Assembly (NCBI GenBank): GCA_905178155.1 | Contig: CAJINV010000006.1 | Span: 276,461 to 315,296, forward strand | DNA length: 38,836 nt | Reading direction: 5' to 3' | DNA from: Amoebophrya sp. A120 | Lineage: Eukaryota; Protista; Dinoflagellata | Part shown: piece after piece, positions 1-11,311 of the stretch | Layout: the number at the start of each line of letters is the position of its first letter | How positions within the stretch are numbered: position 1 is the stretch's first letter | The notes under the pieces: model-generated | The model's database searches: none | The model's input: only the letters and a program-made list of their open reading frames with translations | Told to the model about the DNA's origin: nothing | Position numbers and translations under genes: made by a program

Positions 1-640
1 GACGTCGCCCGAAGACGCTAGCGCGCGAGCCCAAAGGGCTGGACTAATTTGGGGCACCAAAATAAGCAATCTTGCGAGCCACCAAACAGGCTCGCACGAC
101 GTCGCCCGAAGACGCTAGCTAAGCTTGCGAGCCCAAAAGGCCGGACCAATTTGGGGCACCAAAATAAGCAACCCTGCGAGCCACAAGACAGGCTCGCACG
201 GCGTCGCCCGAAGACACTGGCTTGCGAGCCCACAAGGCCGGACCAATTTGGGGCACCAAAATAAGCAATCTTGCGAGCCACCAGACAGGCTCGCACGACA
301 TCGCCCAAAGACGCCAGCTTGCGAGCCCACAGGACCGGACCAATTTGGGGCACCAAGATAAGCAATCCGGCGAGCCACCAGACAGGCTCGCACGGCGTCG
401 CCCGAAGACGCTAGCTTGCGAGCCCACAAGGCCGGACCAATTTGGGGCACCAAAATAGGCAATCTTGCGAGCCACGAGACAGGCTCGCACGGCGTCGCCC
501 GACGTCCCTAACCTGCGAGCCCGCAAGGCCGGACTTGTTTGGACCACTATCAGCGGGCTACGAGAGAGGTAATCGCGCGAGACGCGAAGCAGGCACGCAC
601 GGCCTCGCCCGAAGACCTGGACTTGCGAGCCTCGCGGCTG
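1..640. repeat. 97-bp tandem repeat array, about 6.5 copies, decaying to the right and running off the left edge
   Basis: GGGGCACC recurs at 51, 153, 250, 347 and 444 (spacing 102, 97, 97, 97). Each unit contains the hairpin TGCGAGCC-N8-GGCTCGCA. Confidence 0.95.
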
Positions 641-641
641 G

Positions 642-729
642 TATGTGCGGACTTACCTTCACAGAGGGATATTGCAAAAAGCATAATTGCGATTTTTACT
701 ACGAGTGCGATACTTTTGCAAAATGCCTA
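642..729. mobile_element. Truncated family D TIR element, cut off by the 97-bp array
   Basis: The minus strand from 729 reads TAGGCATTTTGCAAAAGTATCGCACTCGTAGT...AAGGTAAGTCCGCA, matching one half of the family D elements. No second TIR is seen. Confidence 0.6.
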
Positions 730-3700
730 TGTTCACCACAAAGCCGAACCAGTACTCCCCTACGCTCAAATCGAAGAACCCGTTGCGACAGTGGTCCTGC
801 ACGCGCCTCCCCAGAACGTATTCCGCCCGCTCCGAAAATGCGGCAAGCAAGACGCAAGAGTCGCGGAGCTCGCCATTTCTGGTGTGTTCGAGGGAGGTAG
901 AAGATGAATCAAAGTTGAGGCTCATCTCATCTCCGGCCTATCCTGAGCAAAAGTATCTGATACTCGTGGTAATCGCAGTCATGCAACGTCTTTCCTAAAG
1001 GTAAATCCGCAACATTAGAAATTTCATTTTTTATCATGCTGAGGGATGAATTTGTCATGCGATTTCTACTAGTACGATACTGTTGCAAGACCATGCATAC
1101 GACCACCGCGTGCTGTGCCGGGTTGATGCCGTTCAAAGCGTGCGTGCAAAACGCCAGATGGTGTTTCAGTGTCACCAAAATATCGTACGAAAAAAGTGTT
1201 TCACTGTAAGGATTTTGCAATTTTTGCATCACAAGTTGGTTCTGCATGACAGAGAAAATTCGCCATGCGAGATTTCCAAGGGAAAACACCACTAAAATTC
1301 CATTGTCTTGCATGTGTAGCAAGACAAACGGTTCTGAGATAGATTTTCTGCATTACAAGTTTACAGTGAAACAGTTTTTTCTTGCGATACAAAAACCGGT
1401 GGGTGTAGTCGTGCAGGTCCCACAACAGCTGCTCCAGTTGATTCTATGCATCGCAAAATTCGTAGGTAAATTGCAATCATGCATTACAGATCTGGGTATT
1501 TATCTGATTCACCATTACAAATTCACGAAATTTGTCGTGCTGGGGATGAAATTTGTGATGCGATTTAACTACTAGTACGATTTATAAGTACTTTTGCAAT
1601 GCATAGATTCTTTGCGGCGACAAAAGTGGGTGGCAGCGACACGCCTTGACGGAAAAGGTTCCTGCGTTCATCGTCGGCAGGTAGCTCTATTATCTTCATG
1701 TCCTCACAAACTCGGTCCGGTACTTGCAATATCCTTGGTACCCGGTTGCTCTCCTTGGGTACCGAGGGAACTAGCGGGACCTGGAACAGCCCCACTTCAG
1801 ACTCCGTTTCCTCGTTCGTGCAGTTGTAGTACTGTTTTTTATGTTGATGTTCGTTGTCGTTCTTCTCCTCTGCAGAAGCAGCTCCAGTACTATGGCCTTC
1901 CTGAGAAAGATGATGATCATCATTATGATTTTTATCCCCAGCTGCAGGAGAGGTAACGTCAACGTGAGAAGTTGATGTCTCCTTATGCCGTTGCTGCGTC
2001 GCAAATTCGGTTTCAGAGGCAAGCCGCGCCTCCTGGTAGTCGGAGTCGGACACTTTTAGTTGTTGTGTACTGCCTTCAGCAGGACCTGCCGGCGTTGTAC
2101 CAGCATCTTCGATGTTGTCGCGAAAAATCGCTGCGTGAAGAACGTCGGCCGAAGAAGCAACATGCCCCCACCGCCCCTGTAGCTCTTCGATGCCAACGTT
2201 CATGGTGCCCGCTATCCTGAGTAAACACGTCCCCACACCAGAGTCAGGATGGGGATTTTGCAACACAAGCCTAGGAGTTTTGTGAGTCACGCATGACAAG
2301 TTGCACTTCGCAGCGTAGTGCAGGTTAGCGAGTGCAGCCGCGTCACAGACTTATCTGCTCATCCTGTTCACAGCATCACAAATTCCAGAACACGATTGGA
2401 AATGGCTCTCATGGGGATGCGCATTACAAGTCTTCCTGTCTTTGCAAATCTGCATTACAACTCTGGTGTGGGGACGTTTTTACTCAGGATACCCGGGCCG
2501 AAAAATTCATTAAAGTAGTAATCCAGCGGGATGTATCCTGTGCAAAAGTGTCGCGCTCGTATTAATTGCAGTCACGCATTACAAATTTTTTTTCTTAAGA
2601 TTAATCCGCATTACAATTTTTTTTTCTGCTCATGCTGAGGAAATTTGTAATGCATTAATACTGTTACACGATGAGTACGATACTTGTGCAAGTCATAGTA
2701 TGTAATCCTTCCGCACCCGTGGTTCCTCGTCTATGACGGGCGGGAAAACGCGGCAGATGGACGTTTTGCGTATTGTTTTATGCCTTGCAAAAGCATCGCA
2801 CTAGGATAAATTGCATTACAAATTAGCCCAGCGTTACAAATTAAATTTGTAATCCTGATTCACCTTGAGAAAGAGATTTGTGATGCATAAAACGCAATCT
2901 TCACTACGAGTACGATGCTTTTGCAATGCATATGTTTCCGCCTGGGACCACTGATTCTTCAACAGGGTAGTTGCCTCGTCCTCTTGCAGAAGGAAGTGGT
3001 TGTAATGCCGCTGTTGCTCCTGATAAGGTGGAGCGGGCGTCTTCGTATCTTCAGCAGTAGAACTGGAACTAGAAGCACCTCCTCCGCTAGGGGGTTCTAC
3101 TTTTGTAGTCGTTGCAGCATCTACTTTATGATCATCTTGATGTTGATGCCCTAGCGCGGCTGCAGTAGATCCGTTTATATCTTTCTCGCTGGACGTAGAC
3201 GCCCGGAGAACTTTGTCGAACAAAAACTTTTTCTTCTTCGGGAACCTGTCGGGACGAGGAGGAAGCCTGTCTTCAGCTTCGCTAATCCACTCGCCCCATG
3301 CGTGCGAATTATCTACTTGCGCTGCACTCGACAGCACACGACGAGTAGTTCTTGGTGGTCGCACATGTGCTGGAATCTTCATTGGTGTCGCTCTCGAGCG
3401 TCCGCCCGCGCTACTGTGCGGCGCTCCTCCTTCTCGGTCGTTATTCTTCGAAGACAGAAAGCTGGACACCAAAACGTTTACCTTGTGCGGAAGAACGTGC
3501 TTGTAGCGCAGATTCATGTACAGGGCGGTGGAGAAGGCAACACGGTCGGAAGAGGGCTCCTCTCGAAGATGATCCACAACAATTTCGGGGAAGGAGGAGG
3601 TAGAGGACGCCTTGGTCGTACTACTACCTGGTGCAAAATTGTCGTCCTCGTCTTCATCTGTGCCGCACACTGTAAACTTTGCGATCCTCGGCGATAGGCG

Positions 3701-6700
3701 GAGGAACCGTTTCGCGTCAAGCAGTTCTTCCGGCCTGGGAGGAACAACGCTGGTTGATGTTAGGAACTCCGCTCCGCCCTGCTTCTCCTTCCGCTTTGTT
3801 GTAGTACGTAGATCGGATAGGTGTACAGTAGGCTGGAGGTGGTCCTCTTGCGCATCTGTTACTCGTCCCACAGCAAGGTGTTCTTCTTGACCAGTAGAGT
3901 TTGTTACAGTAGAAGAAAAATGTTCAAAATACCAAACCGCATCCCAAAGCGTCGCAAAGTCTTCTGACAGGTCGAGATAGTATGAATGTGTTTGCGGGGG
4001 TGGGTGCTTGTGGTCCCGCTGCTGCCATTCGTGTCCGATCCGCTTCCGCGTGTTCCAGCCGACCGGATCTAGTACTTCCGCATGATCAAAAGTCGATCCA
4101 CTGGTTTTCTTCTTGTTCCTCGAAAGCAGCAGCTCAGCTAAGTTCCGGCTACCCCAGATGACCGGAATACAGTTGGCTTCCAGCAAACAGGAGAAAGTTT
4201 TGGGATGGATAAAATCGTATCCAGTGCAAAAGTATCGCATCCGTATTGAGAATTAATCGCAGTCACGCATTACAAATCTCACTCTCAAGGTAAATCGGCA
4301 TTACAAATTTTCTTTCTCAAGCTGAGGAGATTTGTCATGCGATTTATACCAGTACGATACTTTTGCAATGCATAAATCGCGCGTGCCAATGTGTTCATCC
4401 GTTAAAACGAAGCTGAAGCGACAAGAAGATGGCTCTTCTTGTGCAGCATCTGCATTGATGTGGTCTGCATGGCGCCCAAGACGTTGAACTACACTGGAGG
4501 AATTTTTTTCATCACTCTCTCCACCACCGTCTGCTTCTTCTACTGTTCTTGGCGGCACAACAACAGAACAGTCACTGTCTGGAGGAGCGAAGTCCTCGTC
4601 GTGGTGCGTATTTATTCCCAGCGACCGTTGGGATGCTGATACGGTGGTGTCGGTATGTTGTTCACCATCTGTAGGTCCTTCTACCAGGTTTTCCTGGAGG
4701 TAGTTTGGGTCCGGGCCACGACTCTGGCCTCTGTCTACTTGTTTCATCTGACCCGCTACAACTTGTAGGATGGCCTGCTTCATCCTCTCCGCCTGAGCCC
4801 CCTCTACCACGTCAAAATCGAGGCTGCAGTAGCGACGGGGAAGCGAAGCGGAAGTAGTTCTTGGCAGCTGCTCTACTCCTGCTTCAGTGAACGAGATAGT
4901 GGACCACGTCGACGCGTGCTGTTTGCTAGGCGTGTAGTCACCATCCTCGCCTACGAGGGTCGTCGTCGTCGTGTCCTGCTCGGAAGAATGTACTAGACCG
5001 GTCGTCGAAGTTGTACTAGAAGAAGAAGAAGAAACAGGCCCCTGGCCTTGCGGAATAGAGCCAGATCCCGACGAAATTGTTAAAACCGAAGATGAGTTGT
5101 CATTATTTCTCAATTCTTGAATCGCCTGCACAGTGTCCGCATTACACATTTTTTTCCCCGTATGAAAGTGCACAAAATAACCCTCCAGCAGCCCCTGGTG
5201 CGACCGTTGTGGTGGTCATGCGAGTTGGGTTCTTGCGCAGCTGTCGCTATTGGATCATTAATATTCTTGCCCTCTAATGCTGTCAGCAGCCCACGTGCGC
5301 TGCATCACGATCTACGTATACTGTGGCGGCCACAACGACCCTACACAGTTGTACTAAAACCAGTTTGGTCTTCCTAGACCGACGTCTAATTATATTCTTT
5401 CTGCACCACAGATGAAGCCAAATTTTTATGTTGAGATCTCCAGGGTAACAAGGCGATAGTGCGCATCATCAATCCCATAGGCAGTCTGACACAACAACCA
5501 GTGACTGTATGCCGACATTGCGTCTTCCTCAGAGGCGTTGCGCCTATGACGTTGCACAACCCGCCTCCCTCTAATATGAGTATCTCGCTAGTCAGTTTGT
5601 GATGCAATATCATAGCCGCCGCGTGCCACAGTAGTGCAGTTAAACTTTATTTCGCATGAAGATCTACTTCAGAAGTTGCAATTATGCAACTGAAAAAGAT
5701 CATGCAACAGGAGGAGTTTTTGTGCACTCTCATAGCGGCCGCGCGCCACGTCGATTATTTTCCGTTCGCGGCGGAACGGGAGCGGCGTCGGTGGCCGTGC
5801 GTACGCGGAGGCGTCACCCATGCCCGTCCCTACCGGCAAGGTGGATGTAGTTGTACTAGAGGTCGTGTTCTTCGCCTTGGTACCTCCTGTGCCTGCCGTG
5901 GTCGGGGTCGTTGTGTTCAGCACATTCGTTTCGTTGTTCGTGGTCGAGCTATGCATTGCAAAAGTAATATCGCTGTACCAGAACTAGTAGAAATCCTATT
6001 ACAAATTGACTTAGCATTACATTTACAGCCTATTATGCGGATCGATAGCAGAAGCACCAACTCTGTAATTATGCACGTACCACCAGTTGTTCCAGTGAGT
6101 TGACAATACTTTTGCACAGGATACGAGATACGAGGCCGTCCCCGAAATCCCGGAGGCTGGAGAAGAAATTTTTGTGATGTCTTTTTGTCTATACAGGGGT
6201 AGGTTTTATGCATGACAAAAGCGGTACATCATGCGGTCGCTCTATGCATCAGAAATTTGGAAAACAATACAGCACTTATCTACCTTCGGTAACGCATTCA
6301 TCCTTATCTCTCCTGCGAGGGTCGTCGTCGTCGTGTCCTGCACGGAAGAAACAATCTTTTCGTGTTCATGATGATCCGTCACGACGATTGTAGCACTCCT
6401 GTCAACTACATGGTCGACAGCAGCGGAAGGGTTCAATTCCCCATTGCTCTCCACGACCACTTCCTCCTCCTCTTCCAAGTCCTCAAACTCGCCAAGCTCC
6501 AAAATTCCCCGGGTCGTGATGGTCGTTTTCTCGGAGTGCGAGAACTCCGTTTCATGATCGTCGTCCCCGCCGCCGGCGGTGGGATCATGATGATGGTCGG
6601 TAAATGCGCCAGAATCATTTTCATCCCCCTCATTCCCAGCGTTAGCGTCCTCTGATAAAATCGCATGCTGAGAAATGTGTTCTTGCTCCAGTTCAAATGC

Positions 6701-7205
6701 TTCTTGTTCTTTCGACGTTCGCAGAAGGTTCTGCAACTCCTGCTGCTCACGGTCATTGACGGCGCAGAAGTATCAAATGTAAAAATGTCTGGGTCTGGAA
6801 ACTTGTAATGCTAAAAATGAATGATCGACGCACTGCAGTACGCAGCTATGCATGACAAATTTTTTGGCTGCCATGTCTTACGTATTCCGCATGGCAAACT
6901 GCGTTTTTGCATGACAGGTAAGAGGGCTTTTTTGTGCCTGTGCAACACAGATTCTCGAATCATGCCAGACAAGCATGACAAACTTGCATTCTTCCAGACC
7001 CAGACATTTTTACAGTTGATAAGAAGGACGGAAATGCGTCGTCGACAACCACGTGGTCACGCGGATGGGCCGATTCTCGTTGCAGCGTGCTCCTGTGATG
7101 AAAATCGCTTTTTAATACTTCCGGTTCCGCAGGGATTATGTGTGACGTGCAGCAGAAGAGGACGAGAGAGCGGAAGAAGGAGAATTTTCTTGCGAAAATG
7201 GCCAT
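730..7205 (-). CDS. Large multi-exon protein with an N-terminal hydrophobic signal/anchor and a degenerate GT10 (alpha-1,3-fucosyltransferase)-like region; interrupted by 10 TIR introns; 3' end unresolved
   Basis: ATG at 7205 (MAIFARKFSFFRSLVLFCC). Removing element plus 5 nt gives in-frame joins: FPSF/CAVND, PRIS/TTNN, GTRD/FIHPK, QAET/IRKT, KDYI/PLDYY, FGPG/TMNV, AKN/QLEQ, HRFL/VTLK, HAVV/GDEMS. The reconstructed RFSFVLTDEHIGTRDFIHPKTFSCLLEANCIPVIWGSRN...YYLDLSEDFATLWDAVWYF resembles the GT10 KFxLxFEN..DYxTEK..AL.AG.VPV.G motif. The junction near 6190-6290 is not resolved. Confidence 0.75.
939..1099. mobile_element. TIR intron element, family D (161 nt)
   Basis: TATCCTGAGCAAAAG...TGCATA; flanks CGGCC/CGACC (4/5); removal with one DR keeps the frame. 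Confidence 0.85.
1181..1389. mobile_element. TIR intron element, family B (209 nt)
   Basis: TATCGTACGAAAAAAGTGTTTCACTGTAA...TTACAGTGAAACAGTTTTTTCTTGCGATA; DR CAAAA. Confidence 0.9.
1445..1605. mobile_element. TIR intron element, family D (161 nt)
   Basis: TATGCATCGCAAAA...TTTTGCAATGCATA; DR GATTC. Confidence 0.9.
2213..2491. mobile_element. TIR intron element, family F (279 nt)
   Basis: Near-perfect 32-nt TIR TATCCTGAGTAAACACGTCCCCACACCAGAGT / ACTCTGGTGTGGGGACGTTTTTACTCAGGATA; flanks CCCGC/CCCGG. Confidence 0.92.
2534..2697. mobile_element. TIR intron element, family D (164 nt)
   Basis: TATCCTGTGCAAAAG...CTTGTGCAAGTCATA; flanks GGATG/GTATG; frame restored. Confidence 0.85.
2779..2932. mobile_element. 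TIR intron element, family D, reverse orientation (154 nt)
   Basis: TATGCCTTGCAAAAGCATCG...CGATGCTTTTGCAATGCATA; DR TGTTT. Confidence 0.9.
4218..4374. mobile_element. TIR intron element, family D (157 nt)
   Basis: TATCCAGTGCAAAAGTATCG...CGATACTTTTGCAATGCATA; DR AATCG. Confidence 0.92.
5161..5734. mobile_element. Long TIR intron element with family E ends (574 nt), DR not recognisable
   Basis: TATGAAAGTGCACAAAA...TTTTGTGCACTCTCATA. Flanks CCCCG/GCGGC are not a DR, but removing element plus 5 nt still rejoins the frame (ARGR/KKMCNAD). Confidence 0.75.
5950..6123. mobile_element. TIR intron element, family D-like, reverse orientation (174 nt)
   Basis: TATGCATTGCAAAAGTA...TACTTTTGCACAGGATA; flanks CGAGC/CGAGA. 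Confidence 0.85.
6771..7021. mobile_element. TIR intron element, family A (251 nt)
   Basis: 30-nt TIR TATCAAATGTAAAAATGTCTGGGTCTGGAA / TTCCAGACCCAGACATTTTTACAGTTGATA; DR AGAAG. Confidence 0.95.
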
Positions 7206-7527
7206 GAGGTCTTGGGGTTGACGCCCTCGAGCTGGGCGACGTAATATACGTGCTGGTGGTCCGCGCTTGTTTATATGTAATGTGGAGGCTGCAGCTCTCA
7301 CTCTCTGTTCTTTGTGATAGCAACGCTGGCGCTGACGTCTGTGCGTGGCACTGTAAGCAGGTAGTTCCAGCGAGATGCAGTCCTACTGAGAAGTGGCGGT
7401 GCTTCCGAAATGATGGCGCTCATACACGAAGAGCAAGTGGAGAGCGAAGCAGGGGCTAAACAATATCAGATGCTTCGTCTCGCAGCCTAGGACCGACCCC
7501 GAGAACACGAAGGCACACGGCGTCAGA

Positions 7528-9440
7528 TTGCGCGTGGCCCCACAACCGCCAGGCGTCTGTCACGTTATCACAAGAGCTTCGCTTTTAATACAGAGGCACG
7601 GTGGCACTTCTTCCCCCGTTCGAAGGGAAGACGATCGAGCACCGGCCAACATGGCTGATGCCGGCGGGAGCAGTGCAGCACGCGGGCAACGAAAACCGTG
7701 CCGGCCATGCAACGGGCAGGAAAATGCCCGCGCGCACTATTCGCGCGACCGGGACACACGAAGGCCCCGGACCTGCGCGCCGGCCACTGAGAGAGACAAA
7801 CACCGGGCCGGCCAACCCTTCACGCCCGGGAAACAATCCCAGCCAGCAAGGCCCGTCCTCGCTCCCATCGCTTGCTTCGCAAGAAAAAAGGCGGCCCAGG
7901 CCAGCTCGCGCGGGCTGCCGCAGGGGGGCCGCGCGCCGGCCCCAAGAGGTGGCGCGCGCCGGCATCAAAAAAACACGGAAGCCCGCCTGCCAAACGGCAG
8001 ACCGGTGGCCACTGTGGCGGCGGCGTTGGTGTCCTTGCTGGCGGTCTTGCTCGCCCTGATGACGCGACGGCCTCGCTCCGTGTCGAAGCAACAACCCCAC
8101 CGCTCTTTTACAACAGGGCACCGCCAGCGCCTGGCCCCCTCTCCGTCCTTCGCCGGGCCGGCCAGCTCGCAGCAGGCGAACTGCCGCAGCCCTCCACAGG
8201 CTCGGCCGCCGAGGCAGCTGCAGGGCTTCCCAAACTGCCGGCGGAGCTGTAGCCGCCTCGCCCCGGCAAATTCGCCGCCATGTTGCTAGTGCGTGACTTC
8301 ACTGATGGAACTGCGCCAGAAGCTTGCGACAGCGATCGCTTAATGCCTTTGCTGACCTGAACTAGTGCGCGCACGTTCGGCGTGGGGACTTTGGAAGCGA
8401 CCGCGACGCCCATCGTTATAGAAGTCTGCTTTGGCTTGAGGTTTAAGCCGAGGCGCCGGGCCCCCGGCGGGCGCGCTTCTTGACCGCTCTGGCGGGCGCG
8501 GCGCTTGCCCTTTTGTCTGCCGGGAATGGGGCGGCCTGCGGCAGCACGAAGCCCGTCGGGTTCTGGAGCTTGCGCAACCAGACGCGCTGCCTTGTCGTTA
8601 GTTCGCGCAGACAAGGCGCCCGCGCCAGGAATTCTGGCCGGGGCCCGGCGACACCAAGACGCGCCCGGACTGCAGAGCGCCGCCCCCCTCTCCCCATCGC
8701 AACAGAAGAGCGCGGGCTGCCCGAAAACTCCCCGACCTGTAGCAGCCAGCCGCATTGCTCGCCCACCCACACGCCACACAAACAAAAACCAACAGCCACG
8801 GCCGCCCACTCGCCCCCCCAACGCGGCGCCGCGCCTTTTCCTCCGCTTCCTCCGCTTTCTTCCGCCCCTGCCGCGCCGCCGCCGGGGACCACGACGGGCG
8901 CGGCGCTGTACAAAGCCGGCAGGCCGATAAGTAAACCGGCGCGGCGCGCTCGCAAAGCCTTCCCACCTTCTGCGCCGCTCGCTCGCGGGGCACCTGCGGC
9001 GGGCCGGCTTGCTGGAAGGAAGTCCCTGCCCCGCGGTGAACTGCAACAGCAAGGCCTCCGCGTGAACTGCAACTGCAAAGGCGCAGCCCGCCAGGAATTT
9101 GCGCACGCGCGGGCCTGCGCGCTTGCTGCCACACGCCTGCACGTCGCGCGCCCCCAATAGCCTGAAGGCGCCGCCGCGCGCTTTTGTGGTTGCACACCCC
9201 GGCGAAGCCTAGCGGCCCTGTGGATGCACGTGCGCCGCCTCGGCCAACCCTTCCACAGCACCACAGGGACCAGCTTCAGTCAAAGGCGTGAAGGAGCTCC
9301 GCGCCTACGTATTGAAGCTGCAAAGCAGCACGGGATGCCGCTCGGCGCGGATTTTTTCAAAAAACAATAAAACGCACGCAGGCCGACCGCGCGAGGGTAG
9401 GCGTGCAGAAGCTGCGCCAGTGTCTCGCGTGCAGGTTAGT
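7528..9440. other. GC-rich island of unknown nature
   Basis: Visibly much richer in GC and CpG than its flanks. It has overlapping low-complexity ORFs on both strands and no recognisable domain. Confidence 0.5.
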
Positions 9441-9560
9441 TCTGCGACCATGTTCACCGCGGGGAGTTTTCTCTGCACGACGAGAATATTTTATGTGTGG
9501 CGAAGTTTTCTCTGTGCGGGTTGGACTTTTCTCTGTCGGTTGATTTTTTATTTTTTTTTT

Positions 9561-10830
9561 CTAGACCCTATCGCTATTCTGCAAAAAAAAGATAAACAAA
9601 AATGGCGCTAGTTGCATTTCCATCTTCGTGCTCCATCTCCTTAGAAAAGTTTGGTCATCTACGGGTGTGCGTTGCACAAGATAGAACAATTTGCGTGGCG
9701 TAATTCGAAAGTGCGTCGCTTTTCTTGCATTTCCATCTTTCTCCGTTGCCATATAGAAGAGCTTGGGTCTATCGCTCCCCTTGGACTGTATTTGGGTGTA
9801 AACAGGTCCAGGGTCCAAGTAATGCTATAGCCGGATACCACAGTGTGTCAAACTGCGATAGAGTTGTTCGCTTCTACGTCCAATCATGCATTTACTCATC
9901 TCCTTAAACCCCATGCTCCGAGGATGTACTTGTTTGCATGAGTCGGGATCTGTAGTATCAGAGTATGACTCACATCCTGATCCGTTATAAAGAGATCTAT
10001 CCTTCTCCCTCAGTCACGGATCAGCTTTTCGCTCCGGATCAAGACTTCTTCTGGCCGTAGCACGGTGCTGCCGGACGAAAACGAGAACGAAAGAAGCTTC
10101 ACTGACTTGGGTTACTTCCACTTCCGACAATGCACGGATGCAGGGCTCAACACAAAGGGAAAACATTTCTCGAATTTCCAATCGAAGTCGAACCTGGAAC
10201 AACGCACCTGTTCGGCCAGCGATTTTTCTTTTCTTCGATGTAAGTACTTCGTTTGGTTTTGCCGCCATGGCGACCCGTGCTCTTGTATGTCCGTTTTTCT
10301 TGATATCATACAAACCTTGTTTGACCTATTGGTCGTCTACGTTAGCATTTCCTTTCAGATCCAGAAACACAGATGCTAGTTGGTGTACCAAACTTAAACT
10401 CAGTGGCGAGACACTTTTTTTTCACGACGTTATTGTTAGTTTACTCGGCCCTGGCCGCGACGTGCTGTAGTACTTACTCATCATGCTTGCATCTTTCTCC
10501 AATCCATACTCTTACTCAACTTTTACTTTTCCAAAAAGATAAAAACTTATGACTTCATCACCACGTGGCTCATCCCGTCCAACTATGGCAACGCAATCTT
10601 ACAAAACGTCTATATGTGGAAAGTTGTTCTTGATCATACAGGTAGTTTCGAAAACTTCCAAAACTCGATGTTCGCAAATTCGCACTTGATGCGGTTGTTA
10701 GTGGGTGTCTAAAACTCGCGTCGCAATGCAATACTGGTGCTACCCCAAAAAGATATAAGGTTCTTGCGGTCTCTAAATAGACTTCTGGTCCCAGATCTTG
10801 CTGCACAGCATCACAAAGGCTGGCGCAGAA
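9561..10830 (-). CDS. Probable exons of a hypothetical minus-strand gene, possibly the 3' part of the 11312-13954 gene
   Basis: Three protein-like minus ORFs (10570-10806, 10014-10313, 9561-9818) separated by AT-richer spacers. Splice junctions not resolved. Confidence 0.3.
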
Positions 10831-11311
10831 CTGGTTCCGGTTTTTTTCTTGCTTCGTAAACTCACTTAAATGTACTTAGTATGACTGTTTTAGTAATCTA
10901 GGACTTGCTGTTTTACATTTCATCACCAAAGCCTTCTGCTAGTATACTCGTGACGGCTCTCCCAAGGTACGTGTTCTGTTGCAGCTGGCATTCTACTTCC
11001 TCCAACGAAGAAGTTGTAAAAAAAGTCTCAGTCTGTATCTGTGGGAATAGTGGGCGAATCAAAAACTAAATCATACTACGGGAAAACTACGACTGACCAG
11101 TGCTTCACCCGAATACACTATGTCCCAACCTAAGGACCTACTGTCTACTGAGTATAAACCACTCGGTCTTACGCATCTGAGTCACAATTTCCGTCGTCCA
11201 CAGTGTGCTTTCAATTTCGACGTCGCCAGTTTGTCGCTCGCACACGATAACGACTGGCAAATATTACTTTGATTCTGAACTTCCTTGGAGTCACGACGTA
11301 GTCCAACTCGA

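Noticed and set aside
18-547. Overlapping ORFs in the 97-bp array, and the array as a CRISPR
   Set aside because: The units are near-identical throughout with no unique spacers and no cas genes. The ORFs are by-products of the repeat.
6190-6310. An additional family D element starting at TATGCATGACAAAAG (~6207)
   Set aside because: No convincing partner TIR or DR. A short GT-AG intron is equally possible, so the junction is left unresolved.
6771-7021. Terminal TA as a Tc1/mariner target duplication
   Set aside because: The frame is restored without keeping a TA, and the duplicated host sequence is the 5-mer outside it.
7528-9264. Long Arg/Ala/Gly/Pro-rich ORFs as genes
   Set aside because: They are open in most frames on both strands, as expected from high GC, and have no recognisable domain.
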